Positions 37,658 to 50,335 of a stretch of DNA of 64,000 nt are shown here, one piece after another (position 1 is the stretch's first letter; each line of letters starts with the position of its first letter). The notes beneath the pieces are model-generated. The model searched no databases and had not been told where the DNA came from. It was given only the letters and a program-made list of their open reading frames with translations. The DNA is taken from assembly GCF_963921235.1 (NCBI RefSeq), contig NC_086118.1, forward strand, positions 22,446,001 through 22,510,000, written 5' to 3'. Both the position numbers and the translations under genes were made by a program. The DNA is from Mobula hypostoma (lineage: Eukaryota).

Positions 37658-38995
37658 CTTTATTGTTAAGGGTGATTTTATGGAGTAGTTGGTGACATGA
37701 AACAAGGTAGGGCAAAGCCAACATGGTTTCCTTAAGGGAAAATCTTGCTTGCCAAACCTGTTGGAATTCTTTGAGGAGATTACGAGTAGGATAGATAAAG
37801 GGAATACAGTAGATATTGTACTGTACATTTGGACTTTCAGAAGGCTTTTGACAAGGTGCCACTCAGGATGCTGCTTACCAAGTTAAGAGCCCATGGTCTC
37901 ACAGGAAAGTGACTAACATGGTTAGAACATTGGCTGATTGGTAGGAGGAAGTAAATGGGAATAAAAGAATCCTTTTCTGGTTGGCTGCCAGTGACTAATG
38001 ATGTTCCGCATGGGTCAGTGTTGAGACCACCTCTTTTTTCGTTGTATGTCAAAGTTTTAGATAACGGAATAGATGGCTTTATTGCCAAGTTTGTAAATGA
38101 TAAGAATACTGGTGGAGGGGCGAATAGTGTTGAGGAAACAGGTAAGACTGCAGAAGGACTTAGGCAGATTAGGAGAATGGGCAAGAAAGTGGCAAATGAA
38201 ATGCAATATTGGTAAATGCATGGCTGTGCATTTTGGTAGTAGAAGTAAATGTGCAGATTATTTTCTAAACAGGGAGAAAATTCAAAAATCAAAGGGTCTT
38301 ACGAGTCCTTGTGCAGAACAGCCTGAAGTAAATTTGCAGGTTGTGTCGATGGTGAGGAAGACAAATGCAATGTTAGCATTTGTTTCAAGAAGTCTAAAAT
38401 GCAAAAGCAGGGATGTGATGCTGAGGCTTTATAAGGCACTGGTGAGGCCTCACCTTGAGTACTGTGAACAGATTTGGGATCCTCATCAAAGAAAAGATGT
38501 GCTGGCATTGGAGAGAGTTCAGAGGAGGTTCACAAAGATGAAAGGATTATCTTATGAGGAACGTCTGATAGCTTGGGTCTGTACTTGCTGAAATTTAGAA
38601 GGATGCGGTGGGGGGATCTCATTGAAACCTTTCAAATGTTGAAAGGCCTAGACAGTGTAGACGTGGAAAGGATGTTTTCCATAGTGGGAGAGTTTAGGAC
38701 AAGAGGGCACAGGCTCAGAATAATGGGGTGCCCATTTAAAACAGAGACGTGGGAATATTTCTTTAGCTAGAAGGTGGTGAATTTGTGGAATTTGTTACTG
38801 CAAGCAGCTGTGGAGGCCAGGGCATTGGGTCTATTTATGGCAGAGATTGATAGGTTCTTGATTGGACACAGCATCAAAGTATACGGGGAGAAGACCAGGG
38901 AGTGGGACTAAGGAGGGGGAAAAGAGGTTCAGCCATGATTGAATGGAGGAGCAGACTCGAATGGCCAAATGGCCTAATTCTAGTCTTATGGTCAT
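37658..38995 (+). mobile_element. 5'-truncated CR1 (RT to 3' tail) nested in a related CR1
   Basis: RT motifs VPHGSVL, AKFVND, RPHLEYC; tail cttatggtcatatgg; atgga at both junctions (37653-57, 38996-39000); host resumes at 38996. Confidence 0.8.
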
Positions 38996-39791
38996 ATGGA
39001 AGGCACAAGAAATACACATCCCAAAGAAGAAGCATTCTAAAGGAAAGCTGACACATCTGTGGCTAACAAGGGAAGTAAAATCCAACATAAAAGCCAAAGA
39101 GAGGGCATGTAATAGAGCAAGATTAGTGGGATGTTAGAGGATTGGGAAGCTTTTAAAAGCCAACAAAAGGCAACTAAAAAGTCATTAAGAAGTTAAAGGT
39201 GGAATACGAAAGCAGGCTAACCAATAATACGGAAGAGGATACCAAAAGTTCTTCAGATGCATGAAGTGTAAAAGAGAAACGAGTGTGGATATCAGACTGC
39301 TGGAAAACAATGCAGGAGAGGTAGTAATGGGGGAACAACGAAATGGCAGATGAACATGAATAAGTATTTCCTGTCAGTCTTCACTGTGGAAGACGCCAGC
39401 AGTATGATGGAAGTTCCAGGTGTCGGGGGCATGATGTGTTTGAAGTTTCCATAACTACAGAGAAGGTTCTTAAACTGAAACATCTGAAGCTAGATAAATC
39501 ACCTGGACCAGATGGTGTACAGCCCAGGATTCCGAAAGAGGTAGCTGCAGAGATCGTGGAGGCATTAGTAATGATCTTTCAAGAATCACTAGATTCTAAG
39601 ATTGTTCTGAAAGACTGGAAAATTGCAAAGGTCATTCCACTCTTCAAGAAGGAAGAGAGGCAGAAGAAAGGAAACTATAAGCCAGTTTGCCTGACCTCAG
39701 TGTTTGTGAAGACGTTGGAATTGATTATTAAGAATGAGGTATCAAGGTAGTTGGAGGCACATAACAAAATAGACCATAGTCAGCATGGTTT

Positions 39792-42700
39792 CATAGAAAC
39801 ATAGAAACATAGAAAATAGGTGCAGGAGTAGGCCATTCGGCCCTTCGAGCCTGCACCGCCATTTATTATGATCATGGCTGATCATCCAACTCAGAACCCC
39901 GCCCCAGTCTTCCCTCCATACCCCCTGATCCCCGTAGCCACAAGGGCCATATCTAACTCCCTCTTAAATATAGTCAATGAACTGGCCTCAACTGTTTCCT
40001 GTGGCAGAGAATTCCACAGATTCACCACTCTCTGTGTGAAGAAGTTTTTCCTAATCTCAGTCCTAAAAGGCTTCCCCTTTATCCTCAAACTATGACCCCT
40101 CGTTCTGGACTTCCCCAACATCGGGAACAATCTTCCTGCATCTAGCCTGTCCAATCCCTTTAGGATTTTATACGTTTCAATCAGATCCCCCCTCAATCTT
40201 CTAAATTCCAACGATTACAAGCCCAGTTCATCCAGTCTTTCTTCATATGAAAGTCCTGCCATCCCAGGAATCAATCTAGTGAACCTTCTTTGTACTCCCT
40301 CTATGGCAACGATGTCTTTCCTCAGATTAGGGGACCAAAACTGCACACAATACTCCAGGTGTGGTCTCACCAAGGCCTTGTACAACTGCAGTAGTACCTC
40401 CCTGCTCCTGTACTCGAATCCTCTCGCTATAACTGCCAGCATACCATTCGCCTTTTTCACCGCCTGCTGTACCTGCATGCACACTTTCAATGACTGGTGT
40501 ATAATGACACCCAGGTCTCGTTGCACCTCCCCTTTTCCTAATCGGCCACCATTCAGATAATAATCTGTTTTCCTATTTTTGCCACCAAAGTGGATAACTT
40601 CACATTTATCCACATTAAATTGCGTCTGCCATGAATTTGTCCACTCACCCAACCTATCCAAGTCACCCTGCATCCTCTTAGCATCCTCCTCACAGCTAAC
40701 ACTGCCACCCAGCTTCGTGTCAACCGCAAACTTGGAGATGCTGCATTTAATTCCCTCATGCAAGTCATTAATATATATTGTAAACAACTGGGGTCCCAGC
40801 ACTGAGCCTTGCGGTACCCCACTAGTCACCGCCTGCCATTCTGAAAAGGTCCCGTTTATTCCCACTCTTTGCTTCCTGTCTGCTAACCAATTCTCTATCC
40901 ATATCAATACCTTAACCCCAATACCGTGTGCTTTAAGTTTGCACACTAATCTCCTGTGTGGGACCTTGTCAAAAGCCTTTTGAAAATCCAAATATACCAC
41001 ATCCACTGGTTCTCCCCATCCACTCTACTGGTTACATCCTCAAAAAATTCTATGAGATTCGTCAGACATGATTTTCCTTTCACAAATCCATGCTGACTTT
41101 GTCCGATGATTTCACCGCTTTCCAAATGTGCTGTTATCACATCTTTGATAACTGACTCCAGCAGTTTCCTCACCACCGACGTTAGGCTAACCGGTCTACA
41201 ATTCCCCGGTTTCTCTCTCCCTCCTTTTTTAAAAAGTGGGGTTACATTAGCCACCCTCCAATCCTCAGGAACTAGTCCAGAATCTAACGAGTTTTGAAAA
41301 ATTATCACTAATGCATCCACTATTTCTTGGGCTTCTTCCTTAAGCACTCTAGGATGCAAACCATCTGGCCCTGGGGATTTATCTGCCTTCAATCCCTTCA
41401 ATTTACCTAACACCACTTCCCTACTAACAAGTATTTCGCTCAGTTCCTCCATCTCACTGGACCCTCTGTCCCCTATTATTTCTGGAAGATTATTTATGTC
41501 CTCCTTAGTGAAGACAGAACCAAAGTAATTATTCAATTGGTCTGCCATGTCCTTGCTCCCCATAATCAATTCACCTGTTTCTGTCTGTAGGGGACCTACA
41601 TTTGTCTTTACCAGTCTTTTCCCTTTTACATATCTATAAAAGCTTTTACAATCAGTTTTTATGTTCCCTGCCAGTTTTCTCTCAGAATCTTTTTTCCCCT
41701 TCCTAATTAAGCCCTTTGTCCTCCTCTGCTGAACTCTGAATTTCTCCCAGTCCTCAGGTGAGCCACTTTCTCTGGCTAATTTGTATGCTTCTTCTTTGGA
41801 ATTGATACTATCCCTAATTTCTCTTGTCAGCCACAGGTGCACTACCTTCCTTGATTTATTCTTTTGCCAAACTGGGATGAACAATTGTTGTAGTTCATCC
41901 ATGTAACCTTTAAATGCTTGCCATTGCATATCCACCGTCAATCCTTTAAGTGTCATTTGCCAGTCTATGTTAGCTAATTCACGTCTCATACCTTCAAAGT
42001 TACCCCTCTTTAAGTTCAGAACCTTTGTTTCTGAATTAACTATGTCACTCTCCATCTTAATGAAGAATTCCACCATATTATGGTCACTCTTACCCAAGGG
42101 GCCTCTCACGACAAGATTGCTAATTAACCCTTCCTCATTGCTCATAACCCAGTCCAGAATAGCCTGCTTTCTAGTTTGTTCCTCGACATGTTGGTTCAAA
42201 AAACCATCCCGCATACATTCCAAGAAATCCTCTTCCTCAGCACCTTTACCAATTTGGTTCACCCAATCTACATGTAGATTGAAGTCACCCATTATAACTG
42301 CTGTTCCTTTATTGCACACATTTCTAATTTCCCATTTAATACCATCTCCGACCTCACTACTACTGTTAGGTGGCCTGTACACAACTCCCACCAGCATCTT
42401 CTGCCCCTTAGTGTTACGCAGCTCTACCCATATCGATTCCACATCTTCCCGGCTTATGTCTTTCCTTTCTATTGCGTTAATCTCTAACCAGCAACGCCAC
42501 CCCACCTCCCCTTCCTTCATGTCTATCCCTCCTGAATATTGAATATCCCTGAACGTTGAGCTCCCATCCTTAGTCGTCCTGGAGCCATGTCTCTGTGATC
42601 CCAACTATATCATAATCATTAATAACAATCTGCACTTTCAATTCATCCACCTTATTACAAATGCTCCTTGCATTGACACGCAAAGCCTTCAGGCGCTCTT

Positions 42701-42850
42701 TTACAACTCTCTTAGCCCTTATACAATTATGTTGAAAAGTGGCCCTTTTTAATGCTTGCCCTGGATTTGTCGGCCTGCCACTTTTACTCTTCTCCTTAGT
42801 ACTTTTTGCTTCTACCCTCACTTTACACCCCTCTGTCTCTCTGCACTGGT
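39792..42850 (-). mobile_element. Young CR1 LINE with nearly the whole ORF2 (APE plus RT), a few frameshifts/stops
   Basis: NARSI..GITETWL (42570..42821); YRPPNS, MGDFN, SDHN, KSPGPDG, QHGF (40946..42604); GVPQGSVLGP (40215..41006); (catagaaa)n tail at 39792. Confidence 0.97.
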
Positions 42851-43779
42851 TAAACCTTGCCTGGGAGATCTGTTGGAATCCTTTGAAGAAGTAGCCAGCA
42901 GGGTAGACAAAGGAGAATCAGTTGATGTTGTGTACTTGGATTTTCAGGAGCCTTTGACAAGGTGCTACACACAAGGCTACTTAGCAAAGCAGTAAGGGGG
43001 AAGGCGGTGAGCGGCACGTTAACTTGAAGCACAAGATCTGACCGACTGTCAGTAGAGCAGGCTATTCTAAAAAAATGTTGAGACACTGGAACACAGGAAG
43101 AACCATAGCTCTGTAGGCAGAGAGCACTCATCGTCACAACGTGTCTGAAACTTGGAAGTCTCATCTGACCATACCAACCAAACAGACATTATTGGGGATG
43201 CATAAATTAGCAACCAGGTGCCCCTCGATTCATGGCACAGAACAAGTTCATGCAATTTAACAGATGGTAAGTCAAGTACACCCTCTCAACTTCCTCTACA
43301 GATCTATGGAAAGCAGGTCGCACAATGATACAACACTGGCTGGAATCAAACAGTGAAAGAGCCAATCGGTGAACCTGCTGGCCCTGAGAATTCCTCTTGA
43401 GGTGTTCAAAGTGACCTCGGTTCCATATGTGCAGTCAAGAACCATTTTTGGGGATTTTGAGACCACACATGATTGATTGACCATGCTAACTGGAATAGTA
43501 GATTGCTAAACACCAGCTCCATCCTGACTAACGTTCCAATTCCAATCTGAAACCTTGTCAATGTATTTTTTGCTGTTGTGATCGTTATCATCTTCACCTC
43601 ATTGTTCCTTTGCATGTTGCTACTATCGCTCCATCCATGCCAAAATGCTGTCATTGTCAACATCCAATAGACATTCTCAGTTTTTGTTAAATTTTTACTT
43701 CAATTTGGCCCCGTTACTGAAGAATAAAAACATACAGCATAATCTCTATGAGTCTGAAGGTGGTGAAGCCTTGAGTTCC

Positions 43780-45746
43780 GGGAGAATGGTTTTATTCCAT
43801 TCCCCTGTCAGAACAGCGTCACCCCATGTGTCTTATTTGTAATACTGTACTGTCTAATGAAGCCATGAAACCATCAAGGTTACAGGAACACTTCCGTAAA
43901 AGGCACCATGAAAAGGCTACTTATGGTATTACTCAGTTGCAGAAGATGAAAGAAGCATTCGAAAAAGCATTGCACACTCGAGTCATTTGCCAAGAAAGCT
44001 TAGTAGTGGTGTCATTGCTTCTTATGACACTTCCAAAACGTTAGCAAAGTGTGGAAAATCTCATACAATTGGTGATAGATTAATAATGCCTGCTGTATCA
44101 AAAGTGATCACCACTGTTCTCAAAATGGATACCGGTATTGTAAAATCAATTCCCCTGAGTGATAACTCTATAGCTCGCCACATTAATGAAATGAGAGAAT
44201 ACATTGAGTATCAACTGTGCACAGAGCTACAAAAAACAGAATTTGGAATACAACTGGGTGAGTCAACTGTGGGAGACAATGAGGCATTACTGATGGCATC
44301 TGTTTGGTTTATCAAAAATGAGAAATATAATGAAGAGATTCTCTTTTGTAAAAAAATTTAAAACATCAATGGAAAATCAATCTATGATGAGCTCAAAATG
44401 TATATTGAAGGTAAAAGTATTCCGACTAGGAACATGATTTCTTGTGCAACAGATGGAGTGCCATATATGGCAGGTTGCCATGCTACTTTAGTGGTATTTA
44501 TGAAAAAAGAAATTCCAAGTCTGCTTGCAATCCATCGTGTAATTCATCATCAACATCTTGCAGCCAAAAAGCTCAGCCAGTGACTCTTTTCAAACATGTT
44601 TCTTATAATATCTGCAATCACAAAATTAAAGCTCATCCATTAAATAGAAGAATATTTTGCCAGTTATGCCAAGATAACAGTGAAGAGTTTGAACATTTGC
44701 TTCTTCACACTTAACAGCTTTGGCTGTCAAGAGGCAGCTGCTTAAAATGTTTCTTTGATCAGTTTGACACTGTGGTTGAATTTTTGCTCGAAGTTGACCA
44801 GCTTGTGAAACAAGATTGAACTTTTAAGTGGAGATGTGGCTTACCTAGCCAATCTGGAAGACAAAATGATCTTTCTAAATATGAATCTGTGGGGTGGTCA
44901 TTTCAGTTTAATCTAGGCAAAAAGTACAGTATCCACTTTAATTGGAAAATTGGAACAATATAAGCAAAACATTGGGAGAAGAATGTTCTCACAGTTTCTC
45001 TGCATGGAAAATATGGCACTCTCTTTCATAGACAGTGATTAGCAAGAGTACTGCTTACACCTGCAGTCACTGAAGAAGGATTTTCAGAATTGATTCAAGA
45101 ATTTGAGTGACCTGGAAGTTCTGGACTGGGTAATTAACCCATTTCTTTGCAAGGTGGAAGAAGAGGAAGAGAGCTTGAAAGAAGAAATTATCGAAATTCA
45201 GAATGATCGAGAAGCAAAAATGTTTTTCAAAAATGTCAGCTTTTGTAAGATATGCCTACGCTGTCATGCAAAGTTTCCTGGTCTTTGGAGAACAGCCAAA
45301 CTGCTCTTTATTGTGTTTCTATCCTCCTACCTTGTTGAAAGGAGATTTCAGTGCAGTGGACCACATACGCTCAAAAAACAGAAACCACTTGGACATTGTT
45401 ATGTGTGGGGATTTAAAGCTTTTGCTGTCACAATTTGAACCAGATATTTCAACTCTTGCTAAAAACCAACAAGCTCAAGGATCACATTGATATTGAAGCT
45501 GTTGTACAGTGCACAGGTGCTATGTTTAACAATGTTAAAGACAAATAAAAATTCAAAGTAGAATCATTTTTCTCATTTTCACATATGGTAAATGTATTTT
45601 TACACTGTTTATTATTTACAGTTTACAGTTTATCGTTTCTAAGAGGGGTGTTGGCAAGTATTAAGGTGCCGGGTGGTGGGGTGGGGTGTTGGCAAGTATA
45701 AAAGTGCTTTAGGGAGCGTTAGGCCAAAAAAGGTTGTGAAACACTA
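43780..45746 (+). mobile_element. hAT DNA transposon (Buster/Charlie, ZBED8/FAM200-like transposase), decayed, left end missing
   Basis: BED finger PMCLICNTVLSNEAMKPSRLQEHF; KSHTIGDRLIMPA; IPLSDNSI; ATDG; HRVIHHQHLAAK; WLSRG; SSYLVER; QAQGSH stop (45490). Right end aaaaaggttgtgaaacacta followed by gtcTAtac. Confidence 0.9.
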
Positions 45747-46130
45747 GTCTATACCACTATACCTTCTACCAAGATGGATAATCAAATGCTTCCCAACATT
45801 ATATTTCATTTGCCACTTCTTTGCCCATTCTACTAATGTGTCTAACTCTTGCAGACTTCCTGCTTCTTTAACACTACCTGCACCTTCACCAGTCTTTGTA
45901 TCATTGATAAACTTGTCTACAAAGCCATTAGTTCATCATCCAGGTCACTGACATGTTACGTGCAAAGTCATGGACCCATCACTGATCCCTGTGGAATACC
46001 AGCAGCCAACCAGAAAAGGCCTCCCTTATCTGCACACTTTGCCTTCTGCCAGCCAATGTTCTGTCCACGTGAGGATTTTTCTTCTAATACCATGGGCTCA
46101 CACTTTGCTTAGCAGCCTCATGTAGAGCGC
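45747..46130 (-). mobile_element. CR1 RT fragment, opposite orientation to the host CR1
   Basis: Reverse strand resembles GIPQGSVMGP..DLDD..DKFIND..WAKKWQMKYNV. Confidence 0.8.
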
Positions 46131-46319
46131 ATTGTGGCTTTGCTGCCAGAGTTCTGGAGAAAAACATGTTTGGATTTACTTTGTCATTCTTACCATCAAC
46201 CTAATTAATGGAGGGAATTTCAACAGCTTGAAATTTGGGTGATTGACTATAATTGTGGACTGATGAATGATAGATTGGGCTATCAGTTCTACATTTAAAT
46301 TTCTGCATAACAAAAAGTC

Positions 46320-46815
46320 TTTTCTTCATAGGCAGTCTCTTATGGTCAAGGGTGATTTGCCTCTGCTTTAGCTATTTTGTACAGAATGAATGTGATGTGA
46401 GCTTCACAGACTATGCTGTGGTGTAGTTAGGTACGTTTTTGGGATGTTGTGCACCCCTTGGTGGTCCCATTACAAAAAACTGACAGTTTGGTAACTAAGA
46501 TGATTCCTTATTAGCTTCAATAGACTACAAATTCCACACCCTTCCCCCCCCAAAAAAAAAAGGCTGGTGAAGATATTATACATTTCCAACAAAATTTTGA
46601 GGATATCTTTAAAGCATTTTCCCTCTCCTGGAAATTTCTTGGTCTGTTGGAGATCAGGGTAGATGTTCTTTTCAGGAGACTTATACCAAGCTTGCAGATG
46701 CTATGATCTTCCGATGGGAGTTGGTTGAGGGTAATGAGGTGTTAGGATACTGGCTTGGTGGGGAAGCTGACAATGTTTAGGCACACCTTCCAATGGACTT
46801 GGAGGATTTTATGCA
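46320..46815 (-). mobile_element. Very old RTE-like 3' relic
   Basis: Layout parallels 4590-5060 (ggatatctttaaagcattttccctctcctgg; ccaatggacttggaggatttt). Confidence 0.4.
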
Positions 46816-47349
46816 AACAATCAAAAACAACAAAATGTAATCATCCTCGGAGAAACATTTTAGTAGCTTATTGATCTTCCATTTCATCAGGATATAGATC
46901 TTGCATTTCAGCTGGAAGAAAAGTATAAAATCTCACACTACATATCTCAAACCCAATTCTGAATTTATTTTGTTCCCTTGGATCTTTTGACCAGTTAGAA
47001 TTCCTCCTTACAAAGATCATTCGAATTTCTAACAAATATTACTGTACGTATTTTTCCAAACCCTATTCAATATAAATATTTTAATGAAGATTTTGTAAAA
47101 CTGTTTTTGTGAAAGCAGTTTGAAGAATAAAAGAGAAATAATTAAAAAGTAATATTCTCTTGAATAGATTTAAAGCCAAAGTATTCCCTAGCTTGTCCTC
47201 TATTGCCAACACCCCAGCCCCACATACACCCAGCCTTCTTGTGCTATCTATTGTTTATTGCCCTGTGATCATTTCAACTTCTCATTTGGAGGTATATAAT
47301 CTTGGAGGTTTCACCTACTAATTCCTGGATAAATTCAGGGATACTTTTT

Positions 47350-47730
47350 TTTCTTAGGCTGACTAAGAGGAGGTCTCTATGAACCATACAAAATTCTTAA
47401 TGGATTTGGCAGGTTACTTACTAAGATGATGCTTCCCCCGGCTGGAGTATTTAGAACTCAGGGTGACAGTCTCAAAATAAGTGGTCAGCCATTCAGTACA
47501 GGACCGAGAAGAAATTTCTTCACTTCGATGTTTGGAACTCTTTATCCAGGAAGGGTGGGAAATCTCACTGGAGAGATTCAGGGTACTAATGGATAGTTCT
47601 TTAGGTTGTAAGATAATGAAGAGATATGGAGTTAATGCTAGAAAGTGGTGCTCATGCAAATGATCTAATCTTATTGAAAGGTGAACCAGGCACAACAGCA
47701 CAAATGGCCTACATCTGCTAACATTCTTTT
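47350..47730 (+). mobile_element. Degenerate CR1 3' fragment
   Basis: atgaaccatacaaaattcttaatgg...tttagaactcagggtgacagtctcaaaataag...aaatggcctacatctgcta. Confidence 0.7.
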
Positions 47731-48638
47731 ATAATATTAACTAAAAAGAAGCAATATATGGCAAAATTTTATTCCACAATTGTGCAGCTTGTTAAATTTT
47801 ATTCATGCTTTGTGATAAATTGACAGCTAAGTTGGGGATATAAAGGAGCCCTACATGTAGCGCCCCAACTGAGGGGCAACAAGGGTCTAACAGCAATGAA
47901 GGAATTAATAACTTGAGTGAATTTTGTCAATCAAGTCTCTGTGATTCCAAATCGAAAATTCAACTGCCTTAAGGTATTTTTAAATGTTAACAGATTCAAT
48001 AAGGTATTACTCAGAGGTAGCATTGACTCCAGAGCTGGTTTGTAATTAGCTGCCAATGTGACCTGTACCTTTAAGGTCACTCTCATACCTGACACATCCA
48101 TGATAATGGCAACTTCTGTTAAACCTCCAAGATCAATCAATGCTTTAAATTTTAGACTTCAGAGCAGCAACATATTTTTTTGCAATGGTAACAGCATTAC
48201 GCCGGACTTGTACTAGAAACTAAATTATCTGATGTGCAAATCAGCTGTAACTTAAGATAAAAAGAAGGAAGATCTATCTTATGGGGCATGATTTTCATTC
48301 TGTGTAATACATGTGACTTATATGTCAAAAGTCTAAAGAAATCATTCCTCCTGCTGTACATGTTAAAATTGGTACGCTCCTGTGTAGCTGAAACTGAGCT
48401 TTACTGAATTTGATAGAACTGAAGTTGAGAAGCAGAGTTCAATGTGCACTTTACCACAGCGTGGGTTTATGTATCCAACTGAGGTTATGTTTCTACTCCA
48501 AAGTAGTTAAGCAGCATCAGAACAATTAACACTTCTCTTTCTCTGTTAGAACTATACAGAAATGAGATGCTACAAACTGTGATTGGCCACTATTGGATAA
48601 TATACAAACGTTATACAAGATTGCAAAATGGGCATATG

Positions 48639-49200
48639 CACTCAGCTGCCATTTTATTTGTTAGATATCTCTTGTACATTATAAAGGTGACAACTAAGTG
48701 TATGTTAGTGGTCTTCTGAAGCTGTAGCCCATCCACTTCCAGGTTCGACATTTTGTCCATTCAGAGATGCTCTTCTGCACACCACTGTTGTAACACATGG
48801 TTATTTGAATTGTTGTCAGCTTGTACCAGTGTGGTCATTCTCCTCTGACCTCTCTCATTAACAAGGAGTTTTCACCCACAGAATTGCCATTCACTGGATT
48901 TTTTTTGTTTTTTTTTCTTGCACCATTCTCTGTAAACTCTAGAGACTGTTGTGCATGAAAATCCCAGGAGATCAGCAGTTTCTGAAACACTCAAACCACC
49001 CCGTCTGGCACCAACAATCACTCCATGGTCGAAGTCACTTAGATCACATCTTTACCCCATTCTGATGTTTGGTCTGAACAACAACTGAATCAACTGACCA
49101 GGTCTGCATGCATTGAGTTGCTGCCTCGTGATTGGCTGATTAGATATTTGAGTTAGCGAGCAAGTGTACAAGTGTACCTAAATTAAGTGGCCACTGAGTG
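48639..49200. mobile_element. Tc1/mariner-type MITE, same family as 10079-10574
   Basis: cactcagctgccattttatt ... aattaagtggccactgagtg then TA; body colinear with the 10.1-kb copy; extra TIR-like segment ~48672-48699. Confidence 0.85.
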
Positions 49201-49867
49201 TAAGAGCATTATATAAGTTTGTCCCTTTGAAGAAGAAAGTCCATTTGCACATTCCCTGGTGATCTATACAAGGTAAAATGTGCTTGTGAAACTCAAAGTA
49301 CAGACTGATAACAGCTTAATTTAAAAGATAAACTTTCCTCTGGAAAAACATGACCAATGCACTGGCAATATTACTTACTTGCGTGTAATATGGACAACAA
49401 TCAAAAAATATTCTGCTGATAGTAGGGCAAAGATGCACCACACTAATTTTTGGAATTCAAAGAGTTCAAAAAAAAAGATCATACACTTATATGGTGATTT
49501 TTCTCACCACTTACAATACTAATAGTTTTGCATTAATAAAATACTTCCAAAGTCTAGTCAATATTGCATTATAGCACAGCAAGATCTTACAAAAATAATG
49601 ATCAAATATGCTTATTTTTTCATGAAATTATTAGCAGCACCAGCAAAGTAGTTAGTTTACACTACTAGTGTCCAGAAACCAGGGCATGTTTTTCAAAACA
49701 CTTTGGCAGTTAGTGAACTAAGAAGCTGGAACCAGGAAACATGACCATTAAACCTGGACGTCTGTGAAATTGAAACAACTGTTTTGATTCGTTGTTGATT
49801 CATTGGTGATTCATTAGTGATTCCTTGATTATTATATATTCATGCAGCATGGAAGCAGGCGCTTTGG

Positions 49868-50335
49868 TCCATAAGACCATAAGACACAAGAGCAGAATTA
49901 GGCCATTCAGCCTATCGAGTCTTCTCCACCATTCATTCATGTCTGATTTGTTATCACTCTCAACTCCATTCTCCTGCCTCCTCCCTGTAATGGACCAAAT
50001 TTCCATTATGGCAGGAGATTGGGAGTGAGTGGGAAAACGGATCAGCCATGATGAAATGGTCTATCGGACTGGATGTGCCAAATGGCCTGCTGCTGTTCAT
50101 ATATCTTATGGTCTATGATTTTGTAACCTTCTGAATAAATCTAAAGAAATCTGAAGAGATACCCTTGGTAATCAAGAACCTAACAACCTCCACTTTAAAT
50201 ATACCTAATGACTTGGTTTCCACAGCCGTCCATGGCAAAGAATTCCACAGATTCACCATCCTCCAGCAAAGGAAATTCCTCTTCATCTCTGTTTTAAGGG
50301 GATGTCCTTGTATTCTGAGGCTGTGCCCTCACTGG
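49868..50335 (-). mobile_element. CR1 3' end (-) containing a short CR1 3' tail in the + orientation (~50010-50118)
   Basis: cataagaccataagac tail; aaagaattccacagattcacca; internal gatcagccatgatgaaatgg...cttatggtctatg. Confidence 0.7.

Larger units (their letters stand above)
34365..42989 (+). mobile_element. Host CR1 LINE (APE to mid-RT) broken into five pieces by nested insertions
   Basis: Colinear pieces ~34365-34646, 35531-35935, 37587-37657, 38996-39791, ~42851-42989; MGDFN (35622-35636), KSPGPDG, NYKPV; order from 35860 onward matches the uninterrupted relative at 61645-63835. Confidence 0.85.

Noticed and set aside
39792..39815. catagaaa octamer repeats (also 15213, 20108, 53560)
   Set aside because: Ordinary CR1 3' microsatellite tails.
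40279..42542. Plus-strand ORFs repeated at 52397-53506 on the minus strand
   Set aside because: Antisense shadows of CR1 ORF2; they recur because the CR1 copies are near-identical.
43117..43272. Possible exon (ctgtag acceptor, atg/gtaagt donor)
   Set aside because: The longest frame I translated ends in TAA just before the donor and resembles no known protein; a non-coding exon is not excluded.
43826..45490. Domesticated ZBED8/FAM200-like host gene
   Set aside because: Many stops and frameshifts, altered conserved residues and a retained transposon end; a dead transposon.
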